Position numbers and translations under genes: made by a program. DNA of 64,000 nt from Escherichia coli (GTDB taxonomy: Bacteria; Pseudomonadota; Gammaproteobacteria; Enterobacterales; Enterobacteriaceae). A model generated the notes under the pieces. It was not told the origin of the DNA. It did not search any database and worked only from the letters and a program-made list of their open reading frames with translations. Shown piece after piece: positions 1-10,621 of this stretch; the first letter of the stretch is position 1, and every line of letters starts with the position of its first letter. The DNA lies in assembly GCF_002854065.1 (NCBI RefSeq), contig NZ_CP024147.1. One strand, given 5' to 3'.

Positions 1-163
1 AACCAGACCGGGAGGAATGTTAGCCCCGCGCCGTCGTTAACCAAATCCCACGCCAGGGGAACAGACTGGCGGACCTTCAAAGACGGTCGCACACCGTGTT
101 TGACATAATTTATTGTTTTTTGCTTGCTCTTATTATTGCAGCCGTTAGGGTAATGACTCCAAC

Positions 164-667
164 TTATTGATAGTGTTTTATGTTCAGATAATGCCCGATG
201 ACTTTGTCATGCAGCTCCACCGATTTTGAGAACGACAGCGACTTCCGTCCCAGCCGTGCCAGGTGCTGCCTCAGATTCAGGTTATGCCGCTCAATTCGCT
301 GCGTATATCGCTTGCTGATTACGTGCAGCTTTCCCTTCAGGCGGGATTCATACAGCGGCCAGCCATCCGTCATCCATATCACCACGTCAAAGGGTGACAG
401 CAGGCTCATAAGACGCCCCAGCGTCGCCATAGTGCGTTCACCGAATACGTGCGCAACAACCGTCTTCCGGAGACTGTCATACGCGTAAAACAGCCAGCGC
501 TGGCGCGATTTAGCCCCGACGTATCCCCACTGTTCGTCCATTTCCGCGCAGACGATGACGTCACTGCCCGGCTGTATGCGCGAGGTTACCGACTGCGGCC
601 TGAGTTTTTTAAATGGCGGAAAATCGTGTTGAGGCCAACGCCCATAATGCGGGCGGTTGCCCGGCAT
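164..667 (-). CDS. insB: IS1 InsB (C-terminal part of InsAB' transposase, made by -1 frameshift)
   Basis: 167-aa ORF overlapping insA 3' end in the -1 frame; A6C slippery motif present. Confidence 0.9.
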   Translation of the reverse strand: MPGNRPHYGRWPQHDFPPFKKLRPQSVTSRIQPGSDVIVCAEMDEQWGYVGAKSRQRWLFYAYDSLRKTVVAHVFGERTMATLGRLMSLLSPFDVVIWMTDGWPLYESRLKGKLHVISKRYTQRIERHNLNLRQHLARLGRKSLSFSKSVELHDKVIGHYLNIKHYQ

Positions 668-861
668 CCAACGCCATTCATGGCCATATCAATGATTTTC
701 TGGTGCGTACCGGGTTGAGAAGCGGTGTAAGTGAACTGCAGTTGCCATGTTTTACGGCAGTGAGAGCAGAGATAGCGCTGATGTCCGGCAGTGCTTTTGC
801 CGTTACGCACCACCCCGTCAGTAGCTGAACAGGAGGGACAGCTGATAGAAACAGAAGCCAC
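586..861 (-). CDS. insA: IS1 InsA (transposition repressor / N-terminal part of InsAB' transposase)
   Basis: 91-aa [25 protein letters not shown]... recognised as IS1 InsA. Confidence 0.93.
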   Translation of the reverse strand: MASVSISCPSCSATDGVVRNGKSTAGHQRYLCSHCRKTWQLQFTYTASQPGTHQKIIDMAMNGVGCRATARIMGVGLNTIFRHLKNSGRSR

Positions 862-988
862 TGGAGCACCTCAAAAACACCATCATACACTAAATCAGTA
901 AGTTGGCAGCATCACCAGCTTTACTAATATATTGCAGCTGGACCGCTTACCCTGAATATTCAGGGTAAGCGTGAGAGTTAAAAAAGAA

Positions 989-3268
989 TTACAGCGGTTG
1001 GGTTTGCGCTTCAACCACGGCCAGCGCCACCATGTTGACGATACGACGTACCGATGCGATCGGCGTTAACACGTGAACCGGTTTCGCCACGCCCATCAGC
1101 ACCGGACCGACAGTCACACCTTCCGAGCTGGAAACGCGCAGTAAGTTGTAACTAATGCGGGCAGCTTCCATGTTTGGCATTACCAGAATATTGGCAGAAC
1201 CTTTCAAAGGGCTGTCCGGCATACGGTCGTTGCGAATCGCTTCCACCAGCGCTGCATCGCCGTGCATTTCACCATCAATCATCAGTTCTGGCGCACGTTC
1301 CCTGACCAGTTCCAGCGCCTGACGCATTTTGCTCGACGACGGACAGTCAGAAGAACCAAAGTTGGAGTGCGACAACAGAGCAACGCGCGGCTCAATACCA
1401 AAACGACGGACAGTTTCTGCCGCCATCAAGGTGATCTCCGCCAGCTCTTCTGCGTCTGGTTCGTCATTGACGTAGGTATCGGCAATAAAGGTGTTACCAC
1501 TCGGCAGCAGCAGCGCGTTCATTGCACCTGCGGTGTGAACGCCATCGCGATAACCAAAGACATTTTTCACCACGCTAAAATGTTCATGATAATCACCCAC
1601 CGTACCGCAAATCATTGCATCGGCTTCGCCACGCTGAACCATGATCGCGCCGATCACTGTCGGGTTACTGATCAACGCCCGCTGCGCCTGTTCCTGAGTG
1701 ACGCCGCGACGCTTCATGATCTGGAAGTATTCGGTCCAGTACTCTTTAAAGCGCGGATCGGATTCGTTATTGACGATCTCAAAATCAACGCCCGCTTTGA
1801 TCTGCAAGCCCAGTTTCTGAATGCGCATTTCGATCACGTTCGGACGACCGATAAGGATCGGTTTCGCCAGTCCCAGCGTTACCAGTTCCTGAGTGGCATG
1901 TAGAACGCGCGCCTCTTCCCCTTCCGGCAGAACTACGCGCTTCGGCGCTTTGCGAGCCTGGGAGAAAATCGGCTTCATAAACAGGTTGGTTTTGTAAACG
2001 AACTCAGTCAGCTTGTCGATGTAGACGTCGAAATCAGCAATCGGACGCGTCGCCACGCCCGACTCCATCGCCGCTTTCGCGACCGCAGGAGCGATCTTAA
2101 CGATCAAGCGCGGATCAAACGGTTTTGGAATGATGTATTCCGGACCAAAGCTCAGATCCTGATCGCCATACGCTGAAGCCACCACTTCGCTCTGTTCCGC
2201 ATGGGCCAGTTCTGCAATCGCGCGTACCGCCGCCAGTTTCATCTCTTCGTTGATGGCGGTTGCGCCAACGTCCAGCGCGCCACGGAAGATGAACGGGAAG
2301 CAAAGGACGTTGTTGACCTGGTTTGGATAGTCAGAACGACCGGTGCAGATGATGGCATCCGGACGCACTTCTTTCGCCAGCGGCGGCAGAATTTCCGGTT
2401 CCGGGTTCGCCAGCGCCAGGATCATTGGCGCTCGAGCCATTTTCTTCACCATTTCCTGGGTCAGCACTTTCGGGCCGGAACAGCCGAGGAAAATATCCGC
2501 GCCTTCAATCACATCATCGAGGGTACGTTTGCCGTCATCCACTACCGCATATGCGGCTTTGGTTTCCGCCATGTTTGGCTCACGGCCCTGATAGATAACG
2601 CCTTTTGAATCGCAAACCACGATGTTATGTTTTTGCAGACCCAGCGCGACCAGCAGGTTCATACAGGCGATTGCTGCAGCACCCGCGCCGGAAACCACCA
2701 TACGCACGTCAGAGATGTTTTTCTCCACCACGCGCAAGCCGTTGAGGATGGCGGCAGTGCTGATGATTGCCGTGCCGTGCTGATCGTCGTGGAATACCGG
2801 AATATTCATCCGCTCGCGCAGTTTCTGTTCAATATAGAAACATTCTGGCGCTTTAATGTCTTCGAGGTTGATTCCGCCGAAGGTCGGTTCGAGCGCAGCG
2901 ACGACTTCAATAAATTTGTCCGGGTCGAGTTCATCAACTTCAATGTCAAATACATCAATCCCGGCGAATTTCTTAAACAGAACGCCCTTGCCTTCCATCA
3001 CCGGTTTGCCTGCCAGCGCGCCAATGTTGCCTAACCCCAGCACCGCCGTACCGTTAGAGATCACCGCCACCAGGTTACCGCGCGCGGTATATTTGTAGGC
3101 TTTTAACGGGTCTTTTTCGATTTCAAGACAAGGTGCGGCAACGCCTGGTGAGTAGGCCAGCGCCAGATCGCGCTGCGTTGCCAGAGGCTTGGTTGGAGAA
3201 ACCTGGATTTTCCCTGGAACTGGAAATTCATGGAAATCAAGTGCACTTTGTTTTAACTGGTCATCCAT
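989..3268 (-). CDS. maeB: NADP-dependent malic enzyme (with phosphotransacetylase-like C-terminal domain)
   Basis: 759-aa [26 protein letters not shown]... recognised as MaeB; length matches. Confidence 0.95.
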   Translation of the reverse strand: MDDQLKQSALDFHEFPVPGKIQVSPTKPLATQRDLALAYSPGVAAPCLEIEKDPLKAYKYTARGNLVAVISNGTAVLGLGNIGALAGKPVMEGKGVLFKKFAGIDVFDIEVDELDPDKFIEVVAALEPTFGGINLEDIKAPECFYIEQKLRERMNIPVFHDDQHGTAIISTAAILNGLRVVEKNISDVRMVVSGAGAAAIACMNLLVALGLQKHNIVVCDSKGVIYQGREPNMAETKAAYAVVDDGKRTLDDVIEGADIFLGCSGPKVLTQEMVKKMARAPMILALANPEPEILPPLAKEVRPDAIICTGRSDYPNQVNNVLCFPFIFRGALDVGATAINEEMKLAAVRAIAELAHAEQSEVVASAYGDQDLSFGPEYIIPKPFDPRLIVKIAPAVAKAAMESGVATRPIADFDVYIDKLTEFVYKTNLFMKPIFSQARKAPKRVVLPEGEEARVLHATQELVTLGLAKPILIGRPNVIEMRIQKLGLQIKAGVDFEIVNNESDPRFKEYWTEYFQIMKRRGVTQEQAQRALISNPTVIGAIMVQRGEADAMICGTVGDYHEHFSVVKNVFGYRDGVHTAGAMNALLLPSGNTFIADTYVNDEPDAEELAEITLMAAETVRRFGIEPRVALLSHSNFGSSDCPSSSKMRQALELVRERAPELMIDGEMHGDAALVEAIRNDRMPDSPLKGSANILVMPNMEAARISYNLLRVSSSEGVTVGPVLMGVAKPVHVLTPIASVRRIVNMVALAVVEAQTQPL

Positions 3269-3556
3269 TTGGTTGTTCCTTTCACGTAACGTTCACAAAT
3301 AAAGTGTGTGGGCAACAGCCCCTGCCCACAACGTGGCGCACATTATTACCTTGCCGGAGTCTACAGACTTTGAGCAAGTCCAAACTCTCACCATTAATAT
3401 AATGTTTTGGTAATAATCCTATAACACTGATGTTACCTGCTTAATCCAGCAATACCATGCCTGTCTGCTATGCTTTTTTGATGCGTTTAGCGAAATTTCT
3501 CAGAAGTGTGAATTAACGCACTCATCTAACACTTTACTTTTCAAGGAGTATTTCCT

Positions 3557-4507
3557 ATGAACGAGTTAGACGGCATCAAACAGTTCACCACTGTCGTGGC
3601 AGACAGCGGCGATATTGAGTCCATTCGCCATTATCATCCTCAGGATGCCACCACCAATCCTTCGCTGTTGCTCAAGGCTGCCGGATTATCACAATATGAG
3701 CATTTAATAGACGATGCTATCGCCTGGGGTAAAAAAAATGGCAAGACCCAGGAACAACAGGTGGTCGCAGCGTGTGACAAACTGGCGGTCAATTTCGGTG
3801 CTGAAATCCTCAAAATCGTACCCGGTCGCGTGTCAACAGAAGTTGATGCACGCCTCTCTTTTGATAAAGAAAAGAGTATTGAGAAGGCGCGCCATCTGGT
3901 GGACTTGTATCAGCAACAAGGCGTTGAGAAATCACGCATTCTGATCAAGCTGGCTTCGACCTGGGAAGGAATTCGCGCGGCAGAAGAGTTGGAAAAAGAA
4001 GGTATTAACTGCAACCTGACGCTGCTGTTTTCTTTTGCACAGGCCCGGGCCTGTGCGGAAGCAGGCGTTTTTCTGATTTCGCCGTTTGTCGGGCGTATTT
4101 ATGACTGGTATCAGGCACGCAAGCCGATGGACCCGTATGTGGTGGAAGAAGATCCAGGCGTTAAATCGGTGCGCAATATCTACGACTACTATAAGCAACA
4201 CCACTATGAAACCATTGTGATGGGCGCGAGCTTCCGTCGCACCGAACAAATCCTCGCCTTAACCGGCTGCGATCGACTAACTATCGCACCGAATTTGCTG
4301 AAGGAGCTGCAGGAAAAAGTTTCGCCAGTGGTACGTAAATTAATCCCACCTTCTCAGACGTTCCCACGCCCAGCTCCCATGAGCGAAGCGGAGTTCCGTT
4401 GGGAGCACAATCAGGATGCGATGGCGGTAGAAAAACTGTCTGAAGGCATTCGTCTGTTCGCCGTTGATCAACGCAAACTGGAAGATCTTCTTGCCGCCAA
4501 ACTATAA
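3557..4507 (+). CDS. talA: Transaldolase A
   Basis: 316-aa [26 protein letters not shown]...; transaldolase family; followed by tktB as in K-12. Confidence 0.95.
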   Translation: MNELDGIKQFTTVVADSGDIESIRHYHPQDATTNPSLLLKAAGLSQYEHLIDDAIAWGKKNGKTQEQQVVAACDKLAVNFGAEILKIVPGRVSTEVDARLSFDKEKSIEKARHLVDLYQQQGVEKSRILIKLASTWEGIRAAEELEKEGINCNLTLLFSFAQARACAEAGVFLISPFVGRIYDWYQARKPMDPYVVEEDPGVKSVRNIYDYYKQHHYETIVMGASFRRTEQILALTGCDRLTIAPNLLKELQEKVSPVVRKLIPPSQTFPRPAPMSEAEFRWEHNQDAMAVEKLSEGIRLFAVDQRKLEDLLAAKL

Positions 4508-4526
4508 ACCAGCCACGGAGTGTTAT

Positions 4527-6530
4527 ATGTCCCGAAAAGACCTTGCCAATGCGATTCGCGCACTCAGTATGGATGCGGTACAAAAAGCCAATTCTGGTCA
4601 TCCCGGCGCGCCGATGGGCATGGCTGATATTGCCGAAGTGCTGTGGAACGATTTTCTTAAACATAACCCTACCGACCCAACCTGGTATGATCGCGACCGC
4701 TTTATTCTTTCCAACGGTCACGCGTCGATGCTGCTCTACAGTTTGCTACATCTGACCGGTTACGACCTGCCGCTGGAAGAGCTGAAGAACTTTCGTCAAC
4801 TGCATTCGAAAACCCCTGGCCACCCGGAAATCGGCTATACGCCCGGAGTTGAAACCACCACCGGTCCTCTTGGACAAGGTTTGGCGAACGCCGTCGGGCT
4901 GGCGATAGCGGAACGTACACTGGCGGCGCAGTTTAACCAGCCGGATCATGAAATTGTCGATCACTTCACCTATGTGTTTATGGGCGACGGCTGCCTGATG
5001 GAAGGTATTTCCCACGAAGTCTGTTCGCTGGCGGGCACGCTGGGACTGGGCAAGCTGATTGGTTTTTACGATCACAACGGTATTTCGATTGATGGAGAAA
5101 CCGAAGGCTGGTTTACCGACGATACGGCAAAACGTTTTGAAGCCTATCACTGGCATGTGATCCATGAAATCGACGGTCACGATCCGCAGGCGGTGAAGGA
5201 AGCGATCCTTGAAGCGCAAAGCGTGAAAGATAAGCCGTCGCTGATTATCTGTCGTACGGTGATTGGCTTTGGATCGCCGAATAAAGCAGGTAAGGAAGAG
5301 GCGCACGGCGCACCGCTGGGGGAAGAAGAAGTGGCGCTGGCACGGCAAAAACTGGGCTGGCACCATCCGCCATTTGAGATCCCTAAAGAGATTTATCACG
5401 CCTGGGATGCCCGCGAAAAAGGCGAAAAAGCGCAGCAGAGCTGGAATGAGAAGTTTGCCGCCTATAAAAAGGCTCATCCGCAACTGGCAGAAGAGTTTAT
5501 CCGTCGGATGAGCGGTGGTTTACCGAAGGACTGGGAGAAAACGACTCAGAAATATATCAATGAGTTACAGGCAAATCCGGCGAAAATCGCTACCCGTAAG
5601 GCTTCGCAAAATACGCTTAACGCTTACGGGCCGATACTACCGGAGCTGCTCGGCGGTTCGGCGGATCTGGCGCCCAGCAACCTGACCATCTGGAAAGGTT
5701 CTGTTTCGCTGAAGGAAGATCCGGCGGGCAACTACATTCACTACGGGGTGCGTGAATTTGGCATGACCGCTATCGCCAATGGCATTGCGCACCACGGTGG
5801 CTTTGTGCCGTATACCGCGACGTTCCTGATGTTTGTTGAATACGCCCGTAACGCCGCGCGGATGGCGGCACTGATGAAAGCGCGGCAGATTATGGTTTAT
5901 ACCCACGACTCAATTGGCCTAGGCGAAGATGGTCCGACGCACCAGGCTGTTGAGCAACTGGCCAGCCTGCGCTTAACGCCAAATTTCAGCACCTGGCGAC
6001 CGTGCGATCAGGTGGAAGCGGCGGTAGGCTGGAAGCTGGCGGTTGAGCGCCACAACGGACCGACGGCACTGATTCTCTCCAGGCAGAATCTGGCCCAGGT
6101 GGAACGTACGCCGGATCAGGTTAAAGAGATTGCTCGTGGCGGTTATGTGCTGAAAGACAGCGGCGGTAAGCCAGATATTATTTTGATTGCCACCGGTTCA
6201 GAGATGGAAATCACCCTGCAAGCGGCAGAGAAATTAGCGGGAGAAGGTCGCAATGTTCGCGTAGTTTCCCTGCCCTCGACCGATATTTTCGACGCCCAGG
6301 ATGAGGAATATCGGGAGTCGGTGTTGCCTTCTAACGTTGCGGCTCGCGTGGCGGTGGAAGCAGGTATTGCCGATTACTGGTACAAGTATGTTGGTCTGAA
6401 AGGGGCAATTGTCGGGATGACGGGTTATGGGGAATCTGCTCCGGCGGATAAGCTGTTCCCGTTCTTTGGCTTTACCGCCGAGAATATTGTGGCAAAAGCG
6501 CATAAGGTGCTGGGAGTAAAAGGTGCCTGA
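4527..6530 (+). CDS. tktB: Transketolase 2
   Basis: ORF-track start 4464 is over-extended into talA; start set at ATG 4527 ([27 protein letters not shown]...) preceded by ggag 4517-4520; 667 aa. Confidence 0.94.
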   Translation: MSRKDLANAIRALSMDAVQKANSGHPGAPMGMADIAEVLWNDFLKHNPTDPTWYDRDRFILSNGHASMLLYSLLHLTGYDLPLEELKNFRQLHSKTPGHPEIGYTPGVETTTGPLGQGLANAVGLAIAERTLAAQFNQPDHEIVDHFTYVFMGDGCLMEGISHEVCSLAGTLGLGKLIGFYDHNGISIDGETEGWFTDDTAKRFEAYHWHVIHEIDGHDPQAVKEAILEAQSVKDKPSLIICRTVIGFGSPNKAGKEEAHGAPLGEEEVALARQKLGWHHPPFEIPKEIYHAWDAREKGEKAQQSWNEKFAAYKKAHPQLAEEFIRRMSGGLPKDWEKTTQKYINELQANPAKIATRKASQNTLNAYGPILPELLGGSADLAPSNLTIWKGSVSLKEDPAGNYIHYGVREFGMTAIANGIAHHGGFVPYTATFLMFVEYARNAARMAALMKARQIMVYTHDSIGLGEDGPTHQAVEQLASLRLTPNFSTWRPCDQVEAAVGWKLAVERHNGPTALILSRQNLAQVERTPDQVKEIARGGYVLKDSGGKPDIILIATGSEMEITLQAAEKLAGEGRNVRVVSLPSTDIFDAQDEEYRESVLPSNVAARVAVEAGIADYWYKYVGLKGAIVGMTGYGESAPADKLFPFFGFTAENIVAKAHKVLGVKGA

Positions 6531-6540
6531 TGGTGATCGC

Positions 6541-6610
6541 CGGATGCTGATTGCCGGATGCGACGCTGACGCGTCTTATCCGGCCTACAGCGTCTTATCC
6601 GGCCTACATG
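6541..6610. repeat. REP/BIME palindromic element cluster between convergent tktB and ypfG
   Basis: gccggatgcgacgctgacgcgtcttatccggcctaca matches REP family; 20-bp unit (g)cgtcttatccggcctaca repeated in tandem at 6571-6590 and 6591-6610. Confidence 0.8.
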
Positions 6611-6624
6611 TCCCGCCATTTTGT

Positions 6625-7668
6625 TTAACGGGTGATCCACAACGTGGGCCAGGCGTCTGGCCCATGCCAGTTATCGCAGGTGGGCTCTGCGGCGTAACGC
6701 ACCAGGCGAAAACGCTGACCGTCAAAGCGCCAGCGCGCCTGAATGCCACAATCGCTTAATCCGCGCCCTTTCGCTAAGGTCACCAGTTCACGCGATTTCT
6801 CATCAAATGTTGCGTTCATCAGTTCCAGTTCATTCGTCTCCTGCCCGTTGTTGAACGGCAAACGCAACCGAACCGGACGCGAGGCCAGTGGCTTTTTACG
6901 CGACACAATCCATGCCAAATCAATGGTGTTATAGGCCCCTGCCTCACAGCTAATCATCATCAGCGCTTTATCATCAGTCAGCGCAGTGACATTCACCTCA
7001 CGACGTAACGGATCAAGCGAGCAGCGCAGACCATTCATCCGCCAGTTTCCATAATCCAGCAAATCGTTGCGTTCTTCGAGTGAGAGTGGCGTCGGCGTTG
7101 GGTTAACCACCGCGACCTCTTTCAGCGCAGGCGCGGGCGGTACGCTGAGCGGCGGTTCGTCCCCTTTCTTTATCCACGCGGTTTCACTGCCAACGCGCTT
7201 TTGCTGAGCATCAATAAACAACAACGCCGCTTTTAAGCCACTCAGAGAAATGGTCTGATTGCCGTCGCGTAAGGTGATCGCCTTCCCTTCCTGAATCATC
7301 TGCAAAAACGCGGTGATGGTTGCCGTATCATCGGTTACTAGTAACCATGGTGAAATCCGCCACTTGTCACCACTTAACGCCAACGGCTCACCATCTAACA
7401 GCAGCCGTGGCGCAATTTCCCCTTCAGACGCATCCGGCGACTTCAACCCGCCGCGCTCAATACGTAAAACGGCATCGGTATGCGCCCCGGCGCTGCGGCT
7501 CAGGGTCATCACCAGTCCATTATGATCGCCCGTATTACGCGCCACGCAGAAGTTTTGGTTATTACAGGTGACCTGCCAGTCGGAAAACGCCCGTTGCGCT
7601 GGTGCCGCCCACACCAAAGACGTCGGCAACAAAGCGAAAAAAAAGAGAAGGAAAATGCGATAGCGCAT
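6625..7668 (-). CDS. ypfG: Secreted DUF1176-family protein YpfG
   Basis: 347-aa ORF with N-terminal signal peptide MRYRIFLLFFFALLPTSLVWA; position matches K-12. Confidence 0.88.
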   Translation of the reverse strand: MRYRIFLLFFFALLPTSLVWAAPAQRAFSDWQVTCNNQNFCVARNTGDHNGLVMTLSRSAGAHTDAVLRIERGGLKSPDASEGEIAPRLLLDGEPLALSGDKWRISPWLLVTDDTATITAFLQMIQEGKAITLRDGNQTISLSGLKAALLFIDAQQKRVGSETAWIKKGDEPPLSVPPAPALKEVAVVNPTPTPLSLEERNDLLDYGNWRMNGLRCSLDPLRREVNVTALTDDKALMMISCEAGAYNTIDLAWIVSRKKPLASRPVRLRLPFNNGQETNELELMNATFDEKSRELVTLAKGRGLSDCGIQARWRFDGQRFRLVRYAAEPTCDNWHGPDAWPTLWITR

Positions 7669-7793
7669 GGACGGTACGACCCCAGAAGTTCAAACAAACA
7701 GCACAAGTCGTATCTTCGTTGCGCAGGTAGCGCGGCTCAATCGGATTTGTCGGATTGAGCCAACAATAAACAACGAAATATTATTGTTATTTT

Positions 7794-8369
7794 TCAGTCC
7801 ATTAAATGTGACGTTTGCAAATAGTTAAGCAATAACACCGTCTTACCGTCACGTATCTCGCCGGTTTTGATCATCTCCAGCGCCTGGCTGAACGACAGCT
7901 CGAGCACTTCAATATCTTCATCTTCGACACCGCCACCGGCGTTAGCGCGCTGATTGTCACTGTATTCGGCGATAAAAAAGTGGATTAGCTCAGTCACACC
8001 GCCTGGCGACATATACAGTTCAAATAATTTGCGCACTTCACCCACTTCATAGCCCGTCTCTTCAATCGCTTCTTTGCGAATGCACACTTCCGGTTCGTCG
8101 TTATCCAGCAGCCCGGCGCAGGTTTCAATCAGCTGCCCGCTTTCATTGCCATTAACCCAAGTAGCGACACGGAACTGACGAATCAGAACCACGGTCTTTT
8201 TCTTCGCGTTGTACAGGAGGATCGTCGCACCATTACCGCGATCGTAAACTTCACGTTTATGGCGGATAACTTCGCCATCTTTGCGCGTGAGATCGTAAGT
8301 AATGTTGTGCAGGGTGAAATAGTTATCGGAGAGAATTTTGTCTTTAATGAGGGTGATTTGTTGCGTCAT
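7794..8369 (-). CDS. nudK: GDP-mannose pyrophosphatase (Nudix hydrolase)
   Basis: Start set at [11 protein letters not shown] (191 aa); ORF track extends 9 codons upstream; Nudix motif region present ([10 protein letters not shown]...E). Confidence 0.9.
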   Translation of the reverse strand: MTQQITLIKDKILSDNYFTLHNITYDLTRKDGEVIRHKREVYDRGNGATILLYNAKKKTVVLIRQFRVATWVNGNESGQLIETCAGLLDNDEPEVCIRKEAIEETGYEVGEVRKLFELYMSPGGVTELIHFFIAEYSDNQRANAGGGVEDEDIEVLELSFSQALEMIKTGEIRDGKTVLLLNYLQTSHLMD

Positions 8370-8436
8370 ACCGACTCCACAGCGCGAAATGAACAATTAT
8401 CTTACGCTGTGAAGTCGGGTTTGTCTGCGCAGGCTA

Positions 8437-10416
8437 TCAGTGAGATTTGACTGATTTTACCCCCAGCCAGTCAATAATCCCCTGTGCCGCATGACGTCCT
8501 TCTGCCATTGCGGTAACCACCAGATCCGCACCACGCACGGCGTCGCCACCGGCGAAGATTTTCGGATTGGTGGTCTGGTAACGGTACTGGCTTTCCACAT
8601 CCGCGATGATGCGGCCCCATTTGTCTACCGTTACACCGTGCGACTCCAGCCACGGCATCCCGTGCGGATTGAAGCCAAACGCCATAATCACCGCGTCGGC
8701 TGGCATGACAAATTCACTGCCTTCCACCGGTACTGGACGCCGACGCCCCTGGGCATCCGGCTCGCCAAGACGCGTACGCAGGAAACGAATCCCGCAAACG
8801 TGACCTTGTTCATTCAGCTCAAGCGCCACCGGCTGGACGTTAAATTCGAAGTTGGCCCCCTCTTCGCGGGCGTTCTTCACCTCTTTCTTCGAGCCTGGCA
8901 TGTTAGCTTCATCACGACGATAAGCGCAGGTGACGTTACTCGCGCCGTGGCGCAGCGCAGTACGCACACAGTCCATCGCGGTGTCGCCGCCGCCCAGTAC
9001 CACGACGTTAAGTCCGGCGGTATTGATAAACGGCTCTTCCGGTAGCTCTTCGAGCCCCATCACCTGTTTAGTGTTGGCGATGAGGAACGGCAGCGCGTCA
9101 TAAACGCCCGGCGCATCTTCATTGGGTAAACCCGCTTTCATGGAACGGTAAGTGCCTACGCCAACGAAGACCGCGTCGTATTGTTCCAAAAGCGAATCCA
9201 AAGAGACATCTTTACCCACTTCACAATTGAGTTCGAAGTGAATCCCCATCGCGCTGAAGATTTCCCGACGGCGTGCCAGCAGGGATTTATCCAGTTTGAA
9301 AGAAGGAATGCCGAAAGTGAGCAAGCCACCGATTTCTGGATGGCGATCATACACCGTCACCGCCACGCCATTGCGGGTCAGAACATCCGCACAGGCCAGC
9401 CCTGCCGGACCTGCACCGATAATCGCCACCCGCTTGTCCACTTTGGTGACATGGCTTAAGTCAGGGCGCCAACCTTTCGCCAACGCCTGATCTGAAATGT
9501 AGCGTTCAATGTTGCCGATAGTTACCGCACCGTGCTCATCGCGAATAGTACAGGCACCTTCACACAAACGGTCTTGCGGACAAACGCGTCCGGTAATTTC
9601 CGGCAGGGTGTTGGTCAGGTGAGAAAGCTCGACGGCGGCGTCGATGTTTCCGGCTTTCACCAGTTCAATCCACTGCGGTATATGGTTATGCAGCGGGCAG
9701 GTCCATTCACAAACGCTGTGCTCGCCGCATTTAAGGCAGCGCGAGGCTTCCCGTTGTGCCTGATCGGCACGGAATGGCAGATAAATTTCATCAAAACTGG
9801 TTTTGCGCGCTTCAATCGCCAGTTTATCCGGCTCGCCACGCGCGGGCGTTGCCTGCATTTGTTCGACTTTACTCATTACCGGCATTTCTTGTGCAGCGGT
9901 ACTGGCATGCCACGGTTGATGTTCCTGACGTGCGGTACGCAAGCGGCGGGATTTCGCCATGCCTGAGAGTGCGGCGTCAGTGACCAGCTGCAGCGCGTCC
10001 GCCGGGCAATTCTCGACACAGGCAGGACCGTTTTCGCGCCCTGCACAAAGGTCGCATTTATGCGCCGTGGCTTTAACCTTGCCCGCTGCGACGGGTGTCA
10101 GGACGATTTGCATCGTACCAAACGGACAGGCCACCACGCAGGATTTACAGCCAATACACTTTTGCTGATTGACCTGAATGCTGTCATCAACGTGGCTGAT
10201 TGCGCCATTAGGGCAGCTACGGGCGCAGGGCGCATCTTCACAATGGTGACAGGTCACTGCACTACGTTGCTGCTGATGTTTGATAACCGTAATTCGGGGA
10301 TGAAAATGATGTTGGCTCAGGACATGTTGCTCATCATTGTGAGCCATGACACAAGCGATTTCACAAGCATGACAACCCAGACATTGCTGACTGTTGGCCA
10401 TAATAAAACGATTCAT
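8437..10416 (-). CDS. aegA: Putative Fe-S / FAD-NAD(P) oxidoreductase AegA (GltD-like with N-terminal ferredoxin domains)
   Basis: 659-aa ORF; multiple CxxCxxCxxxCP ferredoxin motifs at N-terminus, GltD-like nucleotide-binding domain (IIGAGPAGLACA). Confidence 0.92.
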   Translation of the reverse strand: MNRFIMANSQQCLGCHACEIACVMAHNDEQHVLSQHHFHPRITVIKHQQQRSAVTCHHCEDAPCARSCPNGAISHVDDSIQVNQQKCIGCKSCVVACPFGTMQIVLTPVAAGKVKATAHKCDLCAGRENGPACVENCPADALQLVTDAALSGMAKSRRLRTARQEHQPWHASTAAQEMPVMSKVEQMQATPARGEPDKLAIEARKTSFDEIYLPFRADQAQREASRCLKCGEHSVCEWTCPLHNHIPQWIELVKAGNIDAAVELSHLTNTLPEITGRVCPQDRLCEGACTIRDEHGAVTIGNIERYISDQALAKGWRPDLSHVTKVDKRVAIIGAGPAGLACADVLTRNGVAVTVYDRHPEIGGLLTFGIPSFKLDKSLLARRREIFSAMGIHFELNCEVGKDVSLDSLLEQYDAVFVGVGTYRSMKAGLPNEDAPGVYDALPFLIANTKQVMGLEELPEEPFINTAGLNVVVLGGGDTAMDCVRTALRHGASNVTCAYRRDEANMPGSKKEVKNAREEGANFEFNVQPVALELNEQGHVCGIRFLRTRLGEPDAQGRRRPVPVEGSEFVMPADAVIMAFGFNPHGMPWLESHGVTVDKWGRIIADVESQYRYQTTNPKIFAGGDAVRGADLVVTAMAEGRHAAQGIIDWLGVKSVKSH

Positions 10417-10621
10417 AACGACCTTCTTTTTTGGTTGTAAAAACCTTATTCTTTATATGAGTGTTGTTATTACCCGACTTACAGGGGAATCGGCAATGTT
10501 CATGTGCCCAGAATAAGTAACTATTTCGCTATAAACTGTGGCAGATCAAATAATCCCATCATTGACTAAATTGCGTTTCAGCGAACTGGAACATTAATGA
10601 TTTTTTGTGGAGAAGACGCGT

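Larger units (their letters stand above)
149..916 (-). mobile_element. IS1: IS1 insertion sequence, complete 768 bp copy
   Basis: Terminal inverted repeats at 149-171 (ggtaatgactccaacttattgat) and 894-916 (ends gcatcacc); encloses insA and insB; A6C frameshift motif on minus strand at 604-610; flanking 9-mers (140-148 agccgttag vs 917-925 agctttact) do not match. Confidence 0.93.

Noticed and set aside
1262-1903. 213-aa plus-strand ORF inside maeB
   Set aside because: Antisense shadow ORF wholly within a well-supported gene; no SD; composition mirrors the maeB coding strand.
4746-5483. 245-aa minus-strand ORF inside tktB
   Set aside because: Antisense shadow ORF within transketolase; no independent support.
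6523-6759. 78-aa ORF across the REP cluster into the ypfG 3' end
   Set aside because: Runs through palindromic REP sequence and antisense to ypfG; artefact of GC-rich repeats.
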